From a virus: a stretch of 64,000 nucleotides of DNA. How positions within the stretch are numbered: position 1 is the first letter of the stretch; each line of letters starts with the position of its first letter. Under the pieces are notes generated by a model. It saw nothing but the letters and a program-made list of their open reading frames with translations. It was not told where the DNA came from and did not search any database. Of the stretch, positions 19,357 through 29,998 are shown one piece after another. The position numbers were made by a program, and so were the translations under genes. The DNA lies in IMG/VR virus record IMGVR_UViG_3300037423_000584. The stretch is one strand, 5' to 3'.

Positions 19357-20409
19357 TTATCTCCTATTTTGTGTTCCTTGCGATGCCGCCTGATTTACTT
19401 TCATAATCAGATCTTGCTTCACATCAGGCAACTGTGTATGTTCCAATTGTCCTTTTTCGTTGATTACTTTTTCTCTAGTCGCTATAATTCCTTTGGCAAT
19501 AGGATCGTTAAGGCTATAAACTTCTTTTGCCCCTTCCTTGTCACTTGGAATAAAGACTTCTTGACCAGATATTAAGTTTGCTGAATTTTCTACTTGTCTC
19601 TTCTGATTTTCTTTATTTATTCTATCTGCTTCTGCTTTATACCAAGCATCGAATTTCGTATCGTCGTTTATTACTTCGTCACTTGGTCTATTTGAACTTT
19701 CAAAAGCAAAATCGTAGACCTTGGTCCACAACAAAAGCAAATATTGTAAATCCGTCATCTCAACAGAAGAGTGAGGGAAAAGGTGGGTTCCTGTACCTTT
19801 CGATACTGTCCAATATAACCGCCAAGGGTCGGTTCTTGCTATCTCTCTTATTTCTGGCTCAGAAATACCGTTTTCCTTATAATAATAATATACAAGAACA
19901 TCTAAAAATGCTGGCTCTTCTAATAGAGATCTATCTTTAATTTCTGTTATTTTTGATACTATAAACTTCTTTCTGCCCATATCGGATAAGTATTCAGCAG
20001 TAGAAGAATATAATTGATTCCTGATGGTTTCTAATTCTATGAAACGCTTCTTTGCTTTTTCTATGGCTGCTTTTGCTGTTCTTTCCTCTGATTTCTTGAA
20101 TCTAAGCTCTGGCAATCTAGAGTTGAGTTTCTCGATATCTGATTTAATAGTTTCTAGTTCTTTTTGAAGCTTATCATTCCATAAACCTTTTTCAGTCAAC
20201 AGTTTATATGATTCTTCAAGAGTAAATAATCCATCTTCTTTTGTAGATCTATTAAAGATTTTGTTGTAAATCCAGTCGCTTTCGGCAAGGATGGACAACG
20301 AAGGATCTTTGAAAACAACATCAAAGTTGTCATGCTTGTACTTGACTGTGCAGTACAATGTTCTACTGGTTATTCTGCGGAGGATTTGTTCTCTTTTATT
20401 GAAGTCCAT
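19357..20409 (-). CDS. Putative tail assembly chaperone-like protein
   Basis: 350 aa coiled-coil; C-terminal PSDEVINDDTKFDAWY motif; lies between tube and tape measure genes. Confidence 0.4.
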   Translation of the reverse strand: MDFNKREQILRRITSRTLYCTVKYKHDNFDVVFKDPSLSILAESDWIYNKIFNRSTKEDGLFTLEESYKLLTEKGLWNDKLQKELETIKSDIEKLNSRLPELRFKKSEERTAKAAIEKAKKRFIELETIRNQLYSSTAEYLSDMGRKKFIVSKITEIKDRSLLEEPAFLDVLVYYYYKENGISEPEIREIARTDPWRLYWTVSKGTGTHLFPHSSVEMTDLQYLLLLWTKVYDFAFESSNRPSDEVINDDTKFDAWYKAEADRINKENQKRQVENSANLISGQEVFIPSDKEGAKEVYSLNDPIAKGIIATREKVINEKGQLEHTQLPDVKQDLIMKVNQAASQGTQNRR

Positions 20410-20446
20410 ATATCTAATTATCGTTTATTCCTATAGATATATACAA

Positions 20447-20480
20447 TAAAAAATCCCACGCCATAGGGTTAACGTGGGAT
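20447..20480 (-). terminator. Intrinsic terminator
   Basis: ATCCCACG...CGTGGGAT stem followed by a T6 run on the minus strand. Confidence 0.65.
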
Positions 20481-20535
20481 AGACAGGAACGGAAGTGATA
20501 TTTTGTTAAGTAATGACAAGTTACTTAACATATAA

Positions 20536-20796
20536 TTATCGTATCTTCTTATTAGTTTTTTTGACTTTTTTCTTTTTATTTTTATAATCGTGAAACATTT
20601 TATGACATTCTTCACATAGCGTTATTAAATCCAAATCGTCTTCATTTCCTAATCTGTCATATGTACTGTGATGTACTTGCAACAAAGTATCGTTTGCATC
20701 TGCGTTACAAAGTCTACATTTGAATCCATCTCTCTTTAATATTTGGATTCTTCTTTTACGCCATTTCTTAGATTTTATGTATTTTGTTAGATTCAT
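20536..20796 (-). CDS. HNH endonuclease
   Basis: RDGFKCRLC...LQVHH...DLITLCEECHKMFH. Confidence 0.9.
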   Translation of the reverse strand: MNLTKYIKSKKWRKRRIQILKRDGFKCRLCNADANDTLLQVHHSTYDRLGNEDDLDLITLCEECHKMFHDYKNKKKKVKKTNKKIR

Positions 20797-21140
20797 GTTA
20801 TATATATCCAGCCAGGCCCCTTTACTGCTGATTCTATCTTCTCTCTTTTAGAGTTAGTATTAGAATCTTAGTAAATCAATCTTAGAACCAAAATCTATCC
20901 TATTATCAGCACTAGGTTGTGAGGTTGCACATTGCCTAGATTTATTTTTTTCCGGATAGTACAAAGTTCTAAAGCCCAGAACATGGCCTGTAATATGTTC
21001 TGCTGCTGACTCATAACTGCGGCGGCTTTTGTTTTTAGGACACGGTTTTAGTTTTAAAATGGAATGGGATACCGTCTGTCTATAAACCCTATGTCTGTCA
21101 ACTATAATTATCGTAGTGATAGAACGGTGTTTAAGCGTTA

Positions 21141-21173
21141 AAATAAAAAGATCCAGCACGAAGGCTGGATCTT
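21141..21173 (-). terminator. Intrinsic terminator after tail tube gene
   Basis: AAGATCCAGC-CTTCGT-GCTGGATCTT followed by a T-rich run. Confidence 0.8.
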
Positions 21174-21201
21174 ACCTTTATATATAAATATAAGTAGGAT
21201 A

Positions 21202-22212
21202 TTAAGTTAGACCTTCTGGGTCACTCAAAGAAGTGACATCTAACTTGTTGAAATTCTGGAACGAATAAGTCATTGTTGCATTACCACCAGTAGCGTCAAA
21301 ACCACTGAACGAAACAGATTGAAGCTTATTCTTATTACCAAGATCAAAGATTGTTCCATCGTCAAGCTTGATCTTAATTGGTTCATTTGTTAGGTTGGTT
21401 GCATCGCTGATAGCATTGATATTGTCACCGGGGTTGCTACCACCAGCGGTAACAGTAATAGAGCAGTTTACAGCAGTTGGGAAGGTAGCATACTTATAGT
21501 ATGGCTTCCGACGACCAAGCTCGTATAGATCTTCACGACCAAGGCTGCAACTGATATTAACGTCCTGAATGTGTGCTCCGAATACACCTGCTGTTTGAAT
21601 GTTATAACCAGAACCACCAATTACAGTAACACCGGGAATATTTGTTGGGAAAACAGATTCACCGCTTCCCATACGAACGTTTTGACGTCGCTGAGTACCA
21701 GAGGCAGGAGTATCAGTATTATCAAAGTGACCATTGAATGCGAAGCTTGAGGTCTTCCAAATCTTATCGTTACCAGTTAAGCTAACGCTTTCACGAGCGT
21801 TACCTTGGACTGGAAGAGTATAGTTTAGGCTGTTTACATACATACCAGAGCAGTATGCTTGAACCATGGGGGTTCCAGTTGCACTGCTATTGGTATCTTG
21901 GAACAAGCTAACGAATACGTCTGCCCGTTGATTGGTACGATTTAGAAGAGACTTGCTAGTTGCACCCCGAGTAGAAAGATGGTAAACAAGAGGATAGCCA
22001 TCAAGAACCTTATCAATTGTCATTTCGACAGTTGGAAGGTTTTCAATGTTCTCATAGATATCAAGCTGACCTAACTCGAAGACCTGCTCTAGATTGAAGT
22101 TAGTGTTCATGCTTACGCTTTGGACACCGTGAACAGGCAAGCCTGTTACGCTGCAATATGGTCCAATTGCAACTTCTGCTAATGCGTATATTATCCTGTT
22201 AGTTGTAGGCAT
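21202..22212 (-). CDS. Major tail (tube) protein
   Basis: HGVQSVSMNTNFNLEQVFELGQ and QDVNISCSLGREDLYELGR tube-like motifs; strong RBS, own promoter motif and terminator. Confidence 0.75.
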   Translation of the reverse strand: MPTTNRIIYALAEVAIGPYCSVTGLPVHGVQSVSMNTNFNLEQVFELGQLDIYENIENLPTVEMTIDKVLDGYPLVYHLSTRGATSKSLLNRTNQRADVFVSLFQDTNSSATGTPMVQAYCSGMYVNSLNYTLPVQGNARESVSLTGNDKIWKTSSFAFNGHFDNTDTPASGTQRRQNVRMGSGESVFPTNIPGVTVIGGSGYNIQTAGVFGAHIQDVNISCSLGREDLYELGRRKPYYKYATFPTAVNCSITVTAGGSNPGDNINAISDATNLTNEPIKIKLDDGTIFDLGNKNKLQSVSFSGFDATGGNATMTYSFQNFNKLDVTSLSDPEGLT

Positions 22213-22283
22213 TTTATTATCTCCGTTTCTATAAAATTTCTTTCCAATGATATAGCGTACAAATATTTATACAAGTATAAATA

Positions 22284-23219
22284 TTAATATGTACTTAAAT
22301 ATCTATCTACTTGAACAGTTTGCCTACACTGACCTCTGAATAAATCAAGATGGTCATCAATTGTTTCTGTTTGGCTTTTATCTATATATCCATAAGTCCA
22401 AAAATAACTATTATTTCTATTGGCTAAATTAGGATAAGTTAAAGCACCACTAGATAAAGTACCATTATTTTTAAGAGGAATTGGAGCACGATTTACATCA
22501 AATAAACTAATTGATGTAGAATCTTGATTGCTAATTAAATCGAGCAAACGTTTATTGGTAAAACCCTTGTCGGTGAAAGTATGATAAAAAACCATATATT
22601 CTGATCGTTCGCCACCTCCGAGTTGCAATCCCTCGTTTGTTCTATTTTGTACGTCTATTACTATACAAGGAATCCATACTCTATTTTCTTTAAGATTAGA
22701 AGCCATTCCAGATGGAGAAAGAGTATCTAACGAATCATATCTGGTTTGATATTCGTCTACTATAGTTTTCCATTCATAACTATCTGCTGTATAAACAGAT
22801 ATATCCCTAGCAGTGTATTCGCATCTAATATTTCCTGACGTTACAGGACGATCAAAAATTATTCTTCCTCTTTTATAATCAACCTTATAAGATAAATTGC
22901 CAGAAGTATTTGTAGGTAAAAATACATTATTAATATAAATACCAGAAACTTGGAATGGAGCAATAGATTCTCCAATAGGAGCTACATCATTTTCCCAAAC
23001 CCAAGATGGACCAAAACCTTCGTACACTTGATAGTCATTGTATCTATCATCTTTTACATGTTTTAATTTTGTATAACCAGATGTAGGAAGATTGAATTTT
23101 ATAGGAGTATAGGCACCTACTTCTAAAAGACCATATTCAAGCCAAGATTTAAGGTTATAAGCGAGAATATCGCTACCTTCGTAATCGTAGAAGTTTTTTG
23201 TTCCCTTTAATACTGGCAT
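22284..23219 (-). CDS. Putative tail terminator / neck protein
   Basis: 311 aa; IPCIVID...GLQLGGG; directly upstream of the tube gene. Confidence 0.5.
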   Translation of the reverse strand: MPVLKGTKNFYDYEGSDILAYNLKSWLEYGLLEVGAYTPIKFNLPTSGYTKLKHVKDDRYNDYQVYEGFGPSWVWENDVAPIGESIAPFQVSGIYINNVFLPTNTSGNLSYKVDYKRGRIIFDRPVTSGNIRCEYTARDISVYTADSYEWKTIVDEYQTRYDSLDTLSPSGMASNLKENRVWIPCIVIDVQNRTNEGLQLGGGERSEYMVFYHTFTDKGFTNKRLLDLISNQDSTSISLFDVNRAPIPLKNNGTLSSGALTYPNLANRNNSYFWTYGYIDKSQTETIDDHLDLFRGQCRQTVQVDRYLSTY

Positions 23220-23223
23220 TTTA

Positions 23224-24024
23224 TTATCTCGATTTAAGTATTCTAATCATCATGGATCTTACTTTAGATCTTATAAGTGCTTTTAATTCTCTACTTTTTG
23301 CTATTTCATCTATAAAATTCTTTGTGCCTGGATTTGGTATCGCTATAACTGGGAATTGATACGGAAATCTTCGTATCTTGTTTAAAGCTTTAGACATAAC
23401 CGCTCTACCAGACCTACTGATTCCTTGAGGAACACCAGATAGATCATATCTAATACCATAGTCTTTTATATCAGGAATATCTGCTTTTATAGCACTCATT
23501 TTTGCTTCTAAAAGCCATTTCATCCATTCGATATGATAAACTTTTGGCTCTCTTTTTCTCTTTCTTCTTATTGTACTTTTAGATGTACTATAATAATGAA
23601 ACTCATCTCCTGATTTTAATTGATCTTCATATTTTGCAGGATCTAATGCACTTATAGTAATATTGACATCAGAAGATAAACCAGAAGCACTTTGTATTCT
23701 TCCTACTTCTACATCAATTGTTTCGATCAGAATTTCCATCATTCTGTTCAGAGCAGTTTTAGCCATTTGATCTGTTAAACCAAATTCTGCTTGTAAATCG
23801 TGTCTTTCTAGGTTTGGAAATTCTCCATTGAGTCCTTTATAAACTCTACTTCCTTCTATAGCTTTAATAATTATATCTTTTACAACTATATATACTTCTT
23901 CTTTTGCTTTATATATTCTGTTATTTATAGTTTGACGTGCTCTTTCTGCAAGCTTCTTGTTGAAGTTTGTTGTAGCTTTGACAGAAATTTTACCAACTCT
24001 TAATGTCATCCTATTCTTTCCCAA
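23224..24024 (-). CDS. Putative tail completion / neck protein
   Basis: 266 aa, basic; located in the connector cluster. Confidence 0.4.
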   Translation of the reverse strand: MGKNRMTLRVGKISVKATTNFNKKLAERARQTINNRIYKAKEEVYIVVKDIIIKAIEGSRVYKGLNGEFPNLERHDLQAEFGLTDQMAKTALNRMMEILIETIDVEVGRIQSASGLSSDVNITISALDPAKYEDQLKSGDEFHYYSTSKSTIRRKRKREPKVYHIEWMKWLLEAKMSAIKADIPDIKDYGIRYDLSGVPQGISRSGRAVMSKALNKIRRFPYQFPVIAIPNPGTKNFIDEIAKSRELKALIRSKVRSMMIRILKSR

Positions 24025-24485
24025 TAACTAATAGAATATCTATCTTTTTGTAATCCAACAGGAATAGGTGCTCTTATGATTTTGTAATTTCCAAAAATAA
24101 TGTCTTGACTATTTACGTTTGGCTTAATATACTGACATCTCAAAAGGTCTGGAACGTCAGTTAAAAATGATTTTAAGCGTATAACTGCACTCGGATGATC
24201 TACTCTAAGTCCGAAGTGTTCAAAGTCTTTAGGATCATATTTAATCAGAGCTTTTATTATTTTAGTATTTTGAGTCTCATCGGGAGCAGGAACTTCTGGT
24301 GTTCCTTTGTACGATGGTTTTCTTAGTTCATTTTCTCTAAGTGGATCATCAAACTCATCTTGTACATTTGTTACAGTTGGTTTAAAATATAAAGTTATAT
24401 TTTTGCCAAGATTTTCAATCAGAGAATCTATCTCTGTTTGATAAACCTTTACGAGATCTGAAAATGAATTTGGATCTAATGGCAT
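24006..24485 (-). CDS. Putative head closure (stopper) protein
   Basis: 159 aa; follows the adaptor-like gene. Confidence 0.45.
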   Translation of the reverse strand: MPLDPNSFSDLVKVYQTEIDSLIENLGKNITLYFKPTVTNVQDEFDDPLRENELRKPSYKGTPEVPAPDETQNTKIIKALIKYDPKDFEHFGLRVDHPSAVIRLKSFLTDVPDLLRCQYIKPNVNSQDIIFGNYKIIRAPIPVGLQKDRYSISYWERIG

Positions 24486-24488
24486 ATT

Positions 24489-25013
24489 TTATCTAATATA
24501 AAGATTATTGAAAAAGTCAATAGTGTTAAAATTATCTGTAAGCCAAAATTTTGAGTGAGTAAATGGCGAACCAATAGCTTTACCAGCCTTCATGCTTCTC
24601 TTGTAACGCAAATCTTGTAATAGCTTATTATAAGCACCACATGGTCCTAGTTCCAAAATATCTCTATATCCTTTAAAACCACTTGTGGTATCGATCTCGG
24701 AATCTCCATCCCGTACTCTAATTCCAGTTTTTACAGCATTCTGATAAGTATTCAGATTAAGCATACAAGCTGCTTTTAGTGTAAAAAGAGCCATTGCTAC
24801 TGGATCAGAAGAAGAAGTTGATGTAGGGTCTGGCGAAATATTAGTAGAATCAAAATCAAAAGTATACGAAGTTGGAAAAGCGTAATCTTGTGTGGTTATA
24901 AGACCAGAAACCAATAGGGCTTCTTGGATTCTAGAATCTGTATAATTCTGAGTATCTCCGGTATCTCCTATGAGATTTCGTACCATCAGTGTTAATATTG
25001 GTTGCCATGCCAT
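24489..25013 (-). CDS. Head-tail adaptor protein
   Basis: MVRNLIGDT...YTDSRI N-terminus typical of gp15/gp6-type adaptors. Confidence 0.65.
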   Translation of the reverse strand: MAWQPILTLMVRNLIGDTGDTQNYTDSRIQEALLVSGLITTQDYAFPTSYTFDFDSTNISPDPTSTSSSDPVAMALFTLKAACMLNLNTYQNAVKTGIRVRDGDSEIDTTSGFKGYRDILELGPCGAYNKLLQDLRYKRSMKAGKAIGSPFTHSKFWLTDNFNTIDFFNNLYIR

Positions 25014-25028
25014 AGAATTTACCTTGGA

Positions 25029-25385
25029 TTATAGTGAATATTTTGGTACTGCTTGAACTTCTAAACTCTTTTGCAAATGAGTCACATATGTATCACCATC
25101 AAGTACCCATAGATTAATAAAATATTTTCCAGGATTTTCTGTCAATTCAGAAGATAATACATCTATTGAAATTTTCTTATTACTATTATCAATGTTAAAT
25201 CTTCCTGGATCTATAGAATATTTAATTATCAATATAGGAGTAGACGATGGAGTAGTTTTTGCAACACTTAATATAATATCTTCAACAGAAGTTAAATCAA
25301 TTTCTTGTGACGAAACGTTGTAAGAAATATCGTTAAAGGTTAATTTTATGTCAGAATTCTGAGGAACTTGATTAATCATAAACAT
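25029..25385 (-). CDS. BppU N-terminal-like / Ig-like virion protein
   Basis: IDLTSVEDIILSV...ISIDVLSSELTENPGKYFINLWV pattern. Confidence 0.45.
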   Translation of the reverse strand: MFMINQVPQNSDIKLTFNDISYNVSSQEIDLTSVEDIILSVAKTTPSSTPILIIKYSIDPGRFNIDNSNKKISIDVLSSELTENPGKYFINLWVLDGDTYVTHLQKSLEVQAVPKYSL

Positions 25386-25388
25386 TTC

Positions 25389-25580
25389 CTACAATTGAGT
25401 TTCTTCAATTAAAACTGTATTATTTTCTATCTCTTTTATAAAAGTGGTATTAAATTCTATTTCCTTAAATAGTATAATATTATCATATATAACTTCATGG
25501 GTTATATTGATATTTAGTTTTCTGGATGCTCCTCCCATCCAGTATGCCAAGAGACTCCTAACTGTTGCTATTACAGACAT
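25389..25580 (-). CDS. Hypothetical protein
   Basis: 63 aa coupled ORF. Confidence 0.5.
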   Translation of the reverse strand: MSVIATVRSLLAYWMGGASRKLNINITHEVIYDNIILFKEIEFNTTFIKEIENNTVLIEETQL

Positions 25581-26080
25581 TAATCTACCCCAGTTATCGG
25601 TTTTGCATTATTTGAAGTTTCTACTGTGCGTTCCCAAACAGGAGAAGAAAAATTATCAGTTTCATCAGTTACTTGAAGTGTAGTTCCGTCTATTCTCCAA
25701 GCATTTCTTAAGAATCTCATCGCATTTAAAGCACTTCTTGGTGCGATAGATCCAGAAACAGCAGTCCAATCTCTTGATAAATATGAATCTGCCAAGTCGT
25801 TGCGTGCAGAAGAAGTAGAAGATACAATGTTGGCATCTTCTACCTCTATATTTTCTTGTGCATAACTTGTTCCATCATCCCATATAACTTTACCTCTCCA
25901 TGCGACGTTAAAATCAACATAGGTACTATAAAGTCCTGCACCGGATGGATATTCAACAACACCAGAATTTGTTCTGTCTATTAATGTATTATTATCTTTG
26001 TCAACAAGACGATAATATAATCCACTTCCAATACCAGAAGTGCCCCAGTCCACTGATAATATTTTTTGTACTGTTGACAT
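25580..26080 (-). CDS. Putative virion protein
   Basis: 166 aa; located in the fibre cluster. Confidence 0.5.
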   Translation of the reverse strand: MSTVQKILSVDWGTSGIGSGLYYRLVDKDNNTLIDRTNSGVVEYPSGAGLYSTYVDFNVAWRGKVIWDDGTSYAQENIEVEDANIVSSTSSARNDLADSYLSRDWTAVSGSIAPRSALNAMRFLRNAWRIDGTTLQVTDETDNFSSPVWERTVETSNNAKPITGVD

Positions 26081-26090
26081 TTTTTATCCA

Positions 26091-26453
26091 TTATTCTTGG
26101 AATAAATCCATGCATATTGATAAAGATTCTATTGGTAATTTTGAATCATTCAAAATACTGAGAGGAATAGGAGTAAATTGTACTTCAATTTGTTCTTGAA
26201 TTAAAGAATTTATCTCTTCTATAAATTTTGACATATTTTCTTGTGAAACAACAAATGTTCCTTTCTGATCCTCTTTTTCAATTCCATATTTCTTAACAAG
26301 TTCATTTCGTTGTTTTTCAAATATATCAAGACTAGTTCCTAATTCAGAAACAAGCTTTGCAAGTCGAAAACTGGCTGTTACAGGAAGAGAAATTTTGCTA
26401 ATTTCCTTTATTGCATTTACAATTTCTAACCAATTTTTAATACTCTTCTTCAT
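26091..26453 (-). CDS. DUF1617-like phage protein
   Basis: LPVTASFRLAKL...FEKQRNELVKKYG...FIEEINSLIQEQIEV. Confidence 0.6.
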   Translation of the reverse strand: MKKSIKNWLEIVNAIKEISKISLPVTASFRLAKLVSELGTSLDIFEKQRNELVKKYGIEKEDQKGTFVVSQENMSKFIEEINSLIQEQIEVQFTPIPLSILNDSKLPIESLSICMDLFQE

Positions 26454-26559
26454 ATTTTGATCCTTTTTTTAATTACTATATAAAATATATCGTATTAGTA
26501 ATTAATAATTTTATCCATGTCCAATATAATTTTATACAATTTTTAATATAAATTATGTT

Positions 26560-27195
26560 TTAATTAATAGATTCTTCTGATTGATTAGTATTTGGATCAG
26601 AATCTGGTATTTGCTCTGGACTTGGATCTGGCTCAGGTGGAGGAGGTGGAGGAATTAATTTTAATTCCGAAGAAATAATAGTATTTCGCCGTAATAATAA
26701 TGTATTTCTAGTAACAGATGGTTCATATCCTTCACATGAACACTCTACTGTATATGTACCCTCCACCAATTCCTGAGTAATGTTTTTTGAGGAATCTATA
26801 GATATATTCTGACTAATTCCATCTTTGGTGATTGTAACAGCAGTATTTTCTGGTCCAGTAATAGTTAATTGATATACCATTCTTGGCATACCAGTAATTG
26901 GATCAAGTTTAATATCACCGGGAGCAACAATAGTGATAGTTCCTGGTTTTCCACTGTTAACTGCATTTTTCATAGCTGTTCCATCGGTGAACAGAGAGAT
27001 TGTCAATGGCAATCCAAGAACTTCGTCAATGATCTGTTGGGGTGTGAAATCTGGATCATCCCAGAATTCTCCGAAAATCAATTCATATAATACCTTATTT
27101 GATTGAGCGAATCTATCTCGTAATTCTGCAAACTTCTTCTGTTTATTAACGACTTTAGCAGCCCGTGAGTTTGTTAAATCATCCCAATTACTCAT
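26560..27195 (-). CDS. Hypothetical protein with PEGA-like C-terminal domain and Pro-rich tail
   Basis: LVEGTYTVECSCEGYEP; PPPPPPEPDP. Confidence 0.55.
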   Translation of the reverse strand: MSNWDDLTNSRAAKVVNKQKKFAELRDRFAQSNKVLYELIFGEFWDDPDFTPQQIIDEVLGLPLTISLFTDGTAMKNAVNSGKPGTITIVAPGDIKLDPITGMPRMVYQLTITGPENTAVTITKDGISQNISIDSSKNITQELVEGTYTVECSCEGYEPSVTRNTLLLRRNTIISSELKLIPPPPPPEPDPSPEQIPDSDPNTNQSEESIN

Positions 27196-27208
27196 TGTTT
27201 AATACTCC

Positions 27209-29998
27209 TTATATTATATATGGAACTTTAGTTGATCCAGAGGTGGGGCCGTTAGCTAATACCGGAGCACCATCTCCGTAATAATCAAGAGTTCCGGCAT
27301 CAGTACCACTCCTTCCGCCAGTCACGCTTACATCATCCACGTAGACGATTTGGTCCACCGAACTACTCGTCCCCGTCGCCCACACGTTGACGGCGAAGTA
27401 GAGGACGGCGTTGTCGGTAGGAGTGACGGTGACGGACAACTGCTCCCATGTTCCCGTCGCGGCCGAGGCGGTCGCCGTGGACGTCGCGACAGGACCGGCG
27501 AATTGATTTCCCGGACAGACTAGCGAGGCCCCGGCAAGAGACGTCTCCCTCCGTACCCAGACAGACACTGTGATCGGGACACCAGAGACGGCCGCTACGC
27601 GGGCAATACGGAACGGGTATGGATAGGCCGATCCTCGCTGGAACAGATTGGAGGTCGTTGACCAGTACAGTGTCACTTTGCGGGACTTGCCCCCGGCTGT
27701 GTGGACGATGGTGGATTCTTCCTGAATGCTCCCGCCGTCGAAAATGCTGACGTTCCCTTGGGACACCCCGTTGATCTTGAAATTCTGAAAGTGGATGGTC
27801 GGGTTGGTGGCCATTGACGCGTTAGGGGTGATCGATTTTAGGGGGTCAACGGCTCCAAAGTAGTTGGCCGTTACTACGTTGGTGTTGATCCAGTAGCATT
27901 CGTTTGACCCGCTAACGGACGTGTTGACCCCGGCCGTAGAGAAGTAGTTTAGCTGGTTGCTACTAAAGTTTTGCCATATATCGTATAGCGTGGTTCCGAT
28001 GATACGGCCTCTCCCAGCTCCGAGCAGTATCGGGCCGTTCCCGTTGCAGTTTCGCACGACACCGAGATACAGGTTTCCCTCTCCACTGAATCCCTGAAAT
28101 ACCGCACTTGCTCCCTGCCCACCATTGGAGATGTAATTCTTTATGGTCAGTGAGGAGTCGCGGTCGAACGATGCACCCATCGACACGCCACCGCTACTGA
28201 AAGCATTGATGAAGGTGAACGTGACGTCACTTCCCTGCGACCCGGTCCCGGACCATGATAGAGTACCCGAGCCAACAGCGGATTCGATGTTGATTGTCTG
28301 CGTGCTCGCCTGCGACATAGTAAGCGTCGTACTGAATCGGACGGCTGACAGGCCGGTGACGACCATGCTGGTGTTTGAGAGGTCGCATGCCAGAAGCGTA
28401 AAGCCACTATGGCCGGAATGGTCAATGTAGGTCTGGGCGGGTGTTTGCTGGGTACTCATGTCCGTCCGGTTCCACCCGCCGCTAATCTGGATACCCGAAC
28501 CTTTAGGGGCCGGCGACGGACCTCGGCCGGGCATTCGGATTAGAATACTACCCGAGGTCCCGAGCCCCAAGGCGTAGCTTCGAATGCATTCCCGCCGGTA
28601 TAAGGTGGCACCGGTCGCCGTAACTCCCGTATAGCCTCTCGTCGCGGACTGGTTGTTGGCGGACGAATGAGCGAAGTTCGAATCTTGGTCGATCAGAAGG
28701 CACTTACCGCCAGAACCGTTATCCCAGAAGCTGGCGACGGGCCACCACGCCTCGGAATCATCCCCGCCCGCACCGATCGAGTTGGCCTTACCGATTAAGC
28801 TAGCGTGAGTGATCGCCTTGGCGTTCGACGGGGCGACGACGGCGACTATGTTACAGACCTGCAACCCGATGGAAACAAATGAACCGGAGTCCCTATAGAT
28901 CGCAACGGAATTGATCCCGCTCGGGAGGGCTGATCCGTTATCAAAGACGACTGGATAGATAGCATTAACGCTTCCCGCCGGCAGTGGAATCGTGGTCACT
29001 GGGACGTCCCCCGTCGTATCAGAGCAAAGGCGAAGGGAGAAGTTGGCAGGGGTATTGCTGGACGCAGTTTTGAATTGCAAAGATATCTGCTGGTACGCCG
29101 ACAGGTCCAATGTGGACGGGAGGGTACGGTAGGCCAGCTTCCCCGCTGCCGTCCCTGAACATACCACGGAGAATTGTCCAGCCGGGTCCTTCATGGTTCC
29201 CGCCGAGCCGATTGTGTTCGGAGAGACAGCCGTCCACGCAGCCGAGATGCCGGTGCCCACTGCACGGTCAATCACCTTGAATCCGGTCGTACCCGTAAGC
29301 TCAACAACCTTGTTCCTGTATTGTCCGACCGTCACGTTGTTGTAGGTGGTGCCGGGAGCCGTGGACCCGTCCAGCGTGAACGTAGTAGTTCCCGTTACGG
29401 TGATTCTCCACAGGTTGTTTATTGGCGTGGAGACGCTGACGGCAGTTACGAATACCCAATCGCCGGTCTGGAAACCATGAGCAGTGGTGGTCGTAATCGA
29501 AACAGGTGTAGTATTGGTCGTTACATTGCTCGTCTTGGTGGATTCGTAGAACCGGCCGCTATCTGAGTCCTGCCAGTTCGACGTGATTCCGGTGCTGACC
29601 GGGGCAGGAGAGGCCATGACTCGGATGGTATCATTGGGCATCACGGAACTGAGGGTATTGAACGCGACGCTGTTGTTCGGAGTCTTCCATCGGCCACCGA
29701 TGTTGAACGTGTAGGTGCCGTTGGTAAGGGTCGTGCTGGTGTAGATGGTCGAACCGTTGGCGACATAAGTGAATGGCGAGAGCGTCAGGGTCGTGCTGTT
29801 CGGGACAGCCGTAATCAGGAACGCCCCTCTTGTCGTGAGCATGATCGACCGACCGATCAGTGCCGTGGTAAATCCTGTCGTCTGAGAGGATGCAACGAAA
29901 GAGGAGCTGGTGAGCGTGCCGCTTCCGGTATTTTCTAAGGCGAACGAGTCGCCACCCCACAGGTCGTTGCCGTTTTCGAGGTCGAAATACCAAATCAT
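27209..29998 (-). CDS. Large GC-rich virion fibre/adhesin (FCCH-like beta module, beta-helix, CBM-like C-terminus)
   Basis: TPVSITTTTAHGFQTGDWVFVTAV...ITVTGTTTFTLDG; C-terminal ITVSVWVRR...TWEQLSVTVTP...VYVDDVSV jelly-roll pattern. Confidence 0.6.
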   Translation of the reverse strand: MIWYFDLENGNDLWGGDSFALENTGSGTLTSSSFVASSQTTGFTTALIGRSIMLTTRGAFLITAVPNSTTLTLSPFTYVANGSTIYTSTTLTNGTYTFNIGGRWKTPNNSVAFNTLSSVMPNDTIRVMASPAPVSTGITSNWQDSDSGRFYESTKTSNVTTNTTPVSITTTTAHGFQTGDWVFVTAVSVSTPINNLWRITVTGTTTFTLDGSTAPGTTYNNVTVGQYRNKVVELTGTTGFKVIDRAVGTGISAAWTAVSPNTIGSAGTMKDPAGQFSVVCSGTAAGKLAYRTLPSTLDLSAYQQISLQFKTASSNTPANFSLRLCSDTTGDVPVTTIPLPAGSVNAIYPVVFDNGSALPSGINSVAIYRDSGSFVSIGLQVCNIVAVVAPSNAKAITHASLIGKANSIGAGGDDSEAWWPVASFWDNGSGGKCLLIDQDSNFAHSSANNQSATRGYTGVTATGATLYRRECIRSYALGLGTSGSILIRMPGRGPSPAPKGSGIQISGGWNRTDMSTQQTPAQTYIDHSGHSGFTLLACDLSNTSMVVTGLSAVRFSTTLTMSQASTQTINIESAVGSGTLSWSGTGSQGSDVTFTFINAFSSGGVSMGASFDRDSSLTIKNYISNGGQGASAVFQGFSGEGNLYLGVVRNCNGNGPILLGAGRGRIIGTTLYDIWQNFSSNQLNYFSTAGVNTSVSGSNECYWINTNVVTANYFGAVDPLKSITPNASMATNPTIHFQNFKINGVSQGNVSIFDGGSIQEESTIVHTAGGKSRKVTLYWSTTSNLFQRGSAYPYPFRIARVAAVSGVPITVSVWVRRETSLAGASLVCPGNQFAGPVATSTATASAATGTWEQLSVTVTPTDNAVLYFAVNVWATGTSSSVDQIVYVDDVSVTGGRSGTDAGTLDYYGDGAPVLANGPTSGSTKVPYII

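Noticed and set aside
20860-21159. 99-aa minus-strand ORF between the tube terminator and the HNH gene
   Set aside because: Starts inside the terminator hairpin, has no RBS and atypical composition; region left unassigned
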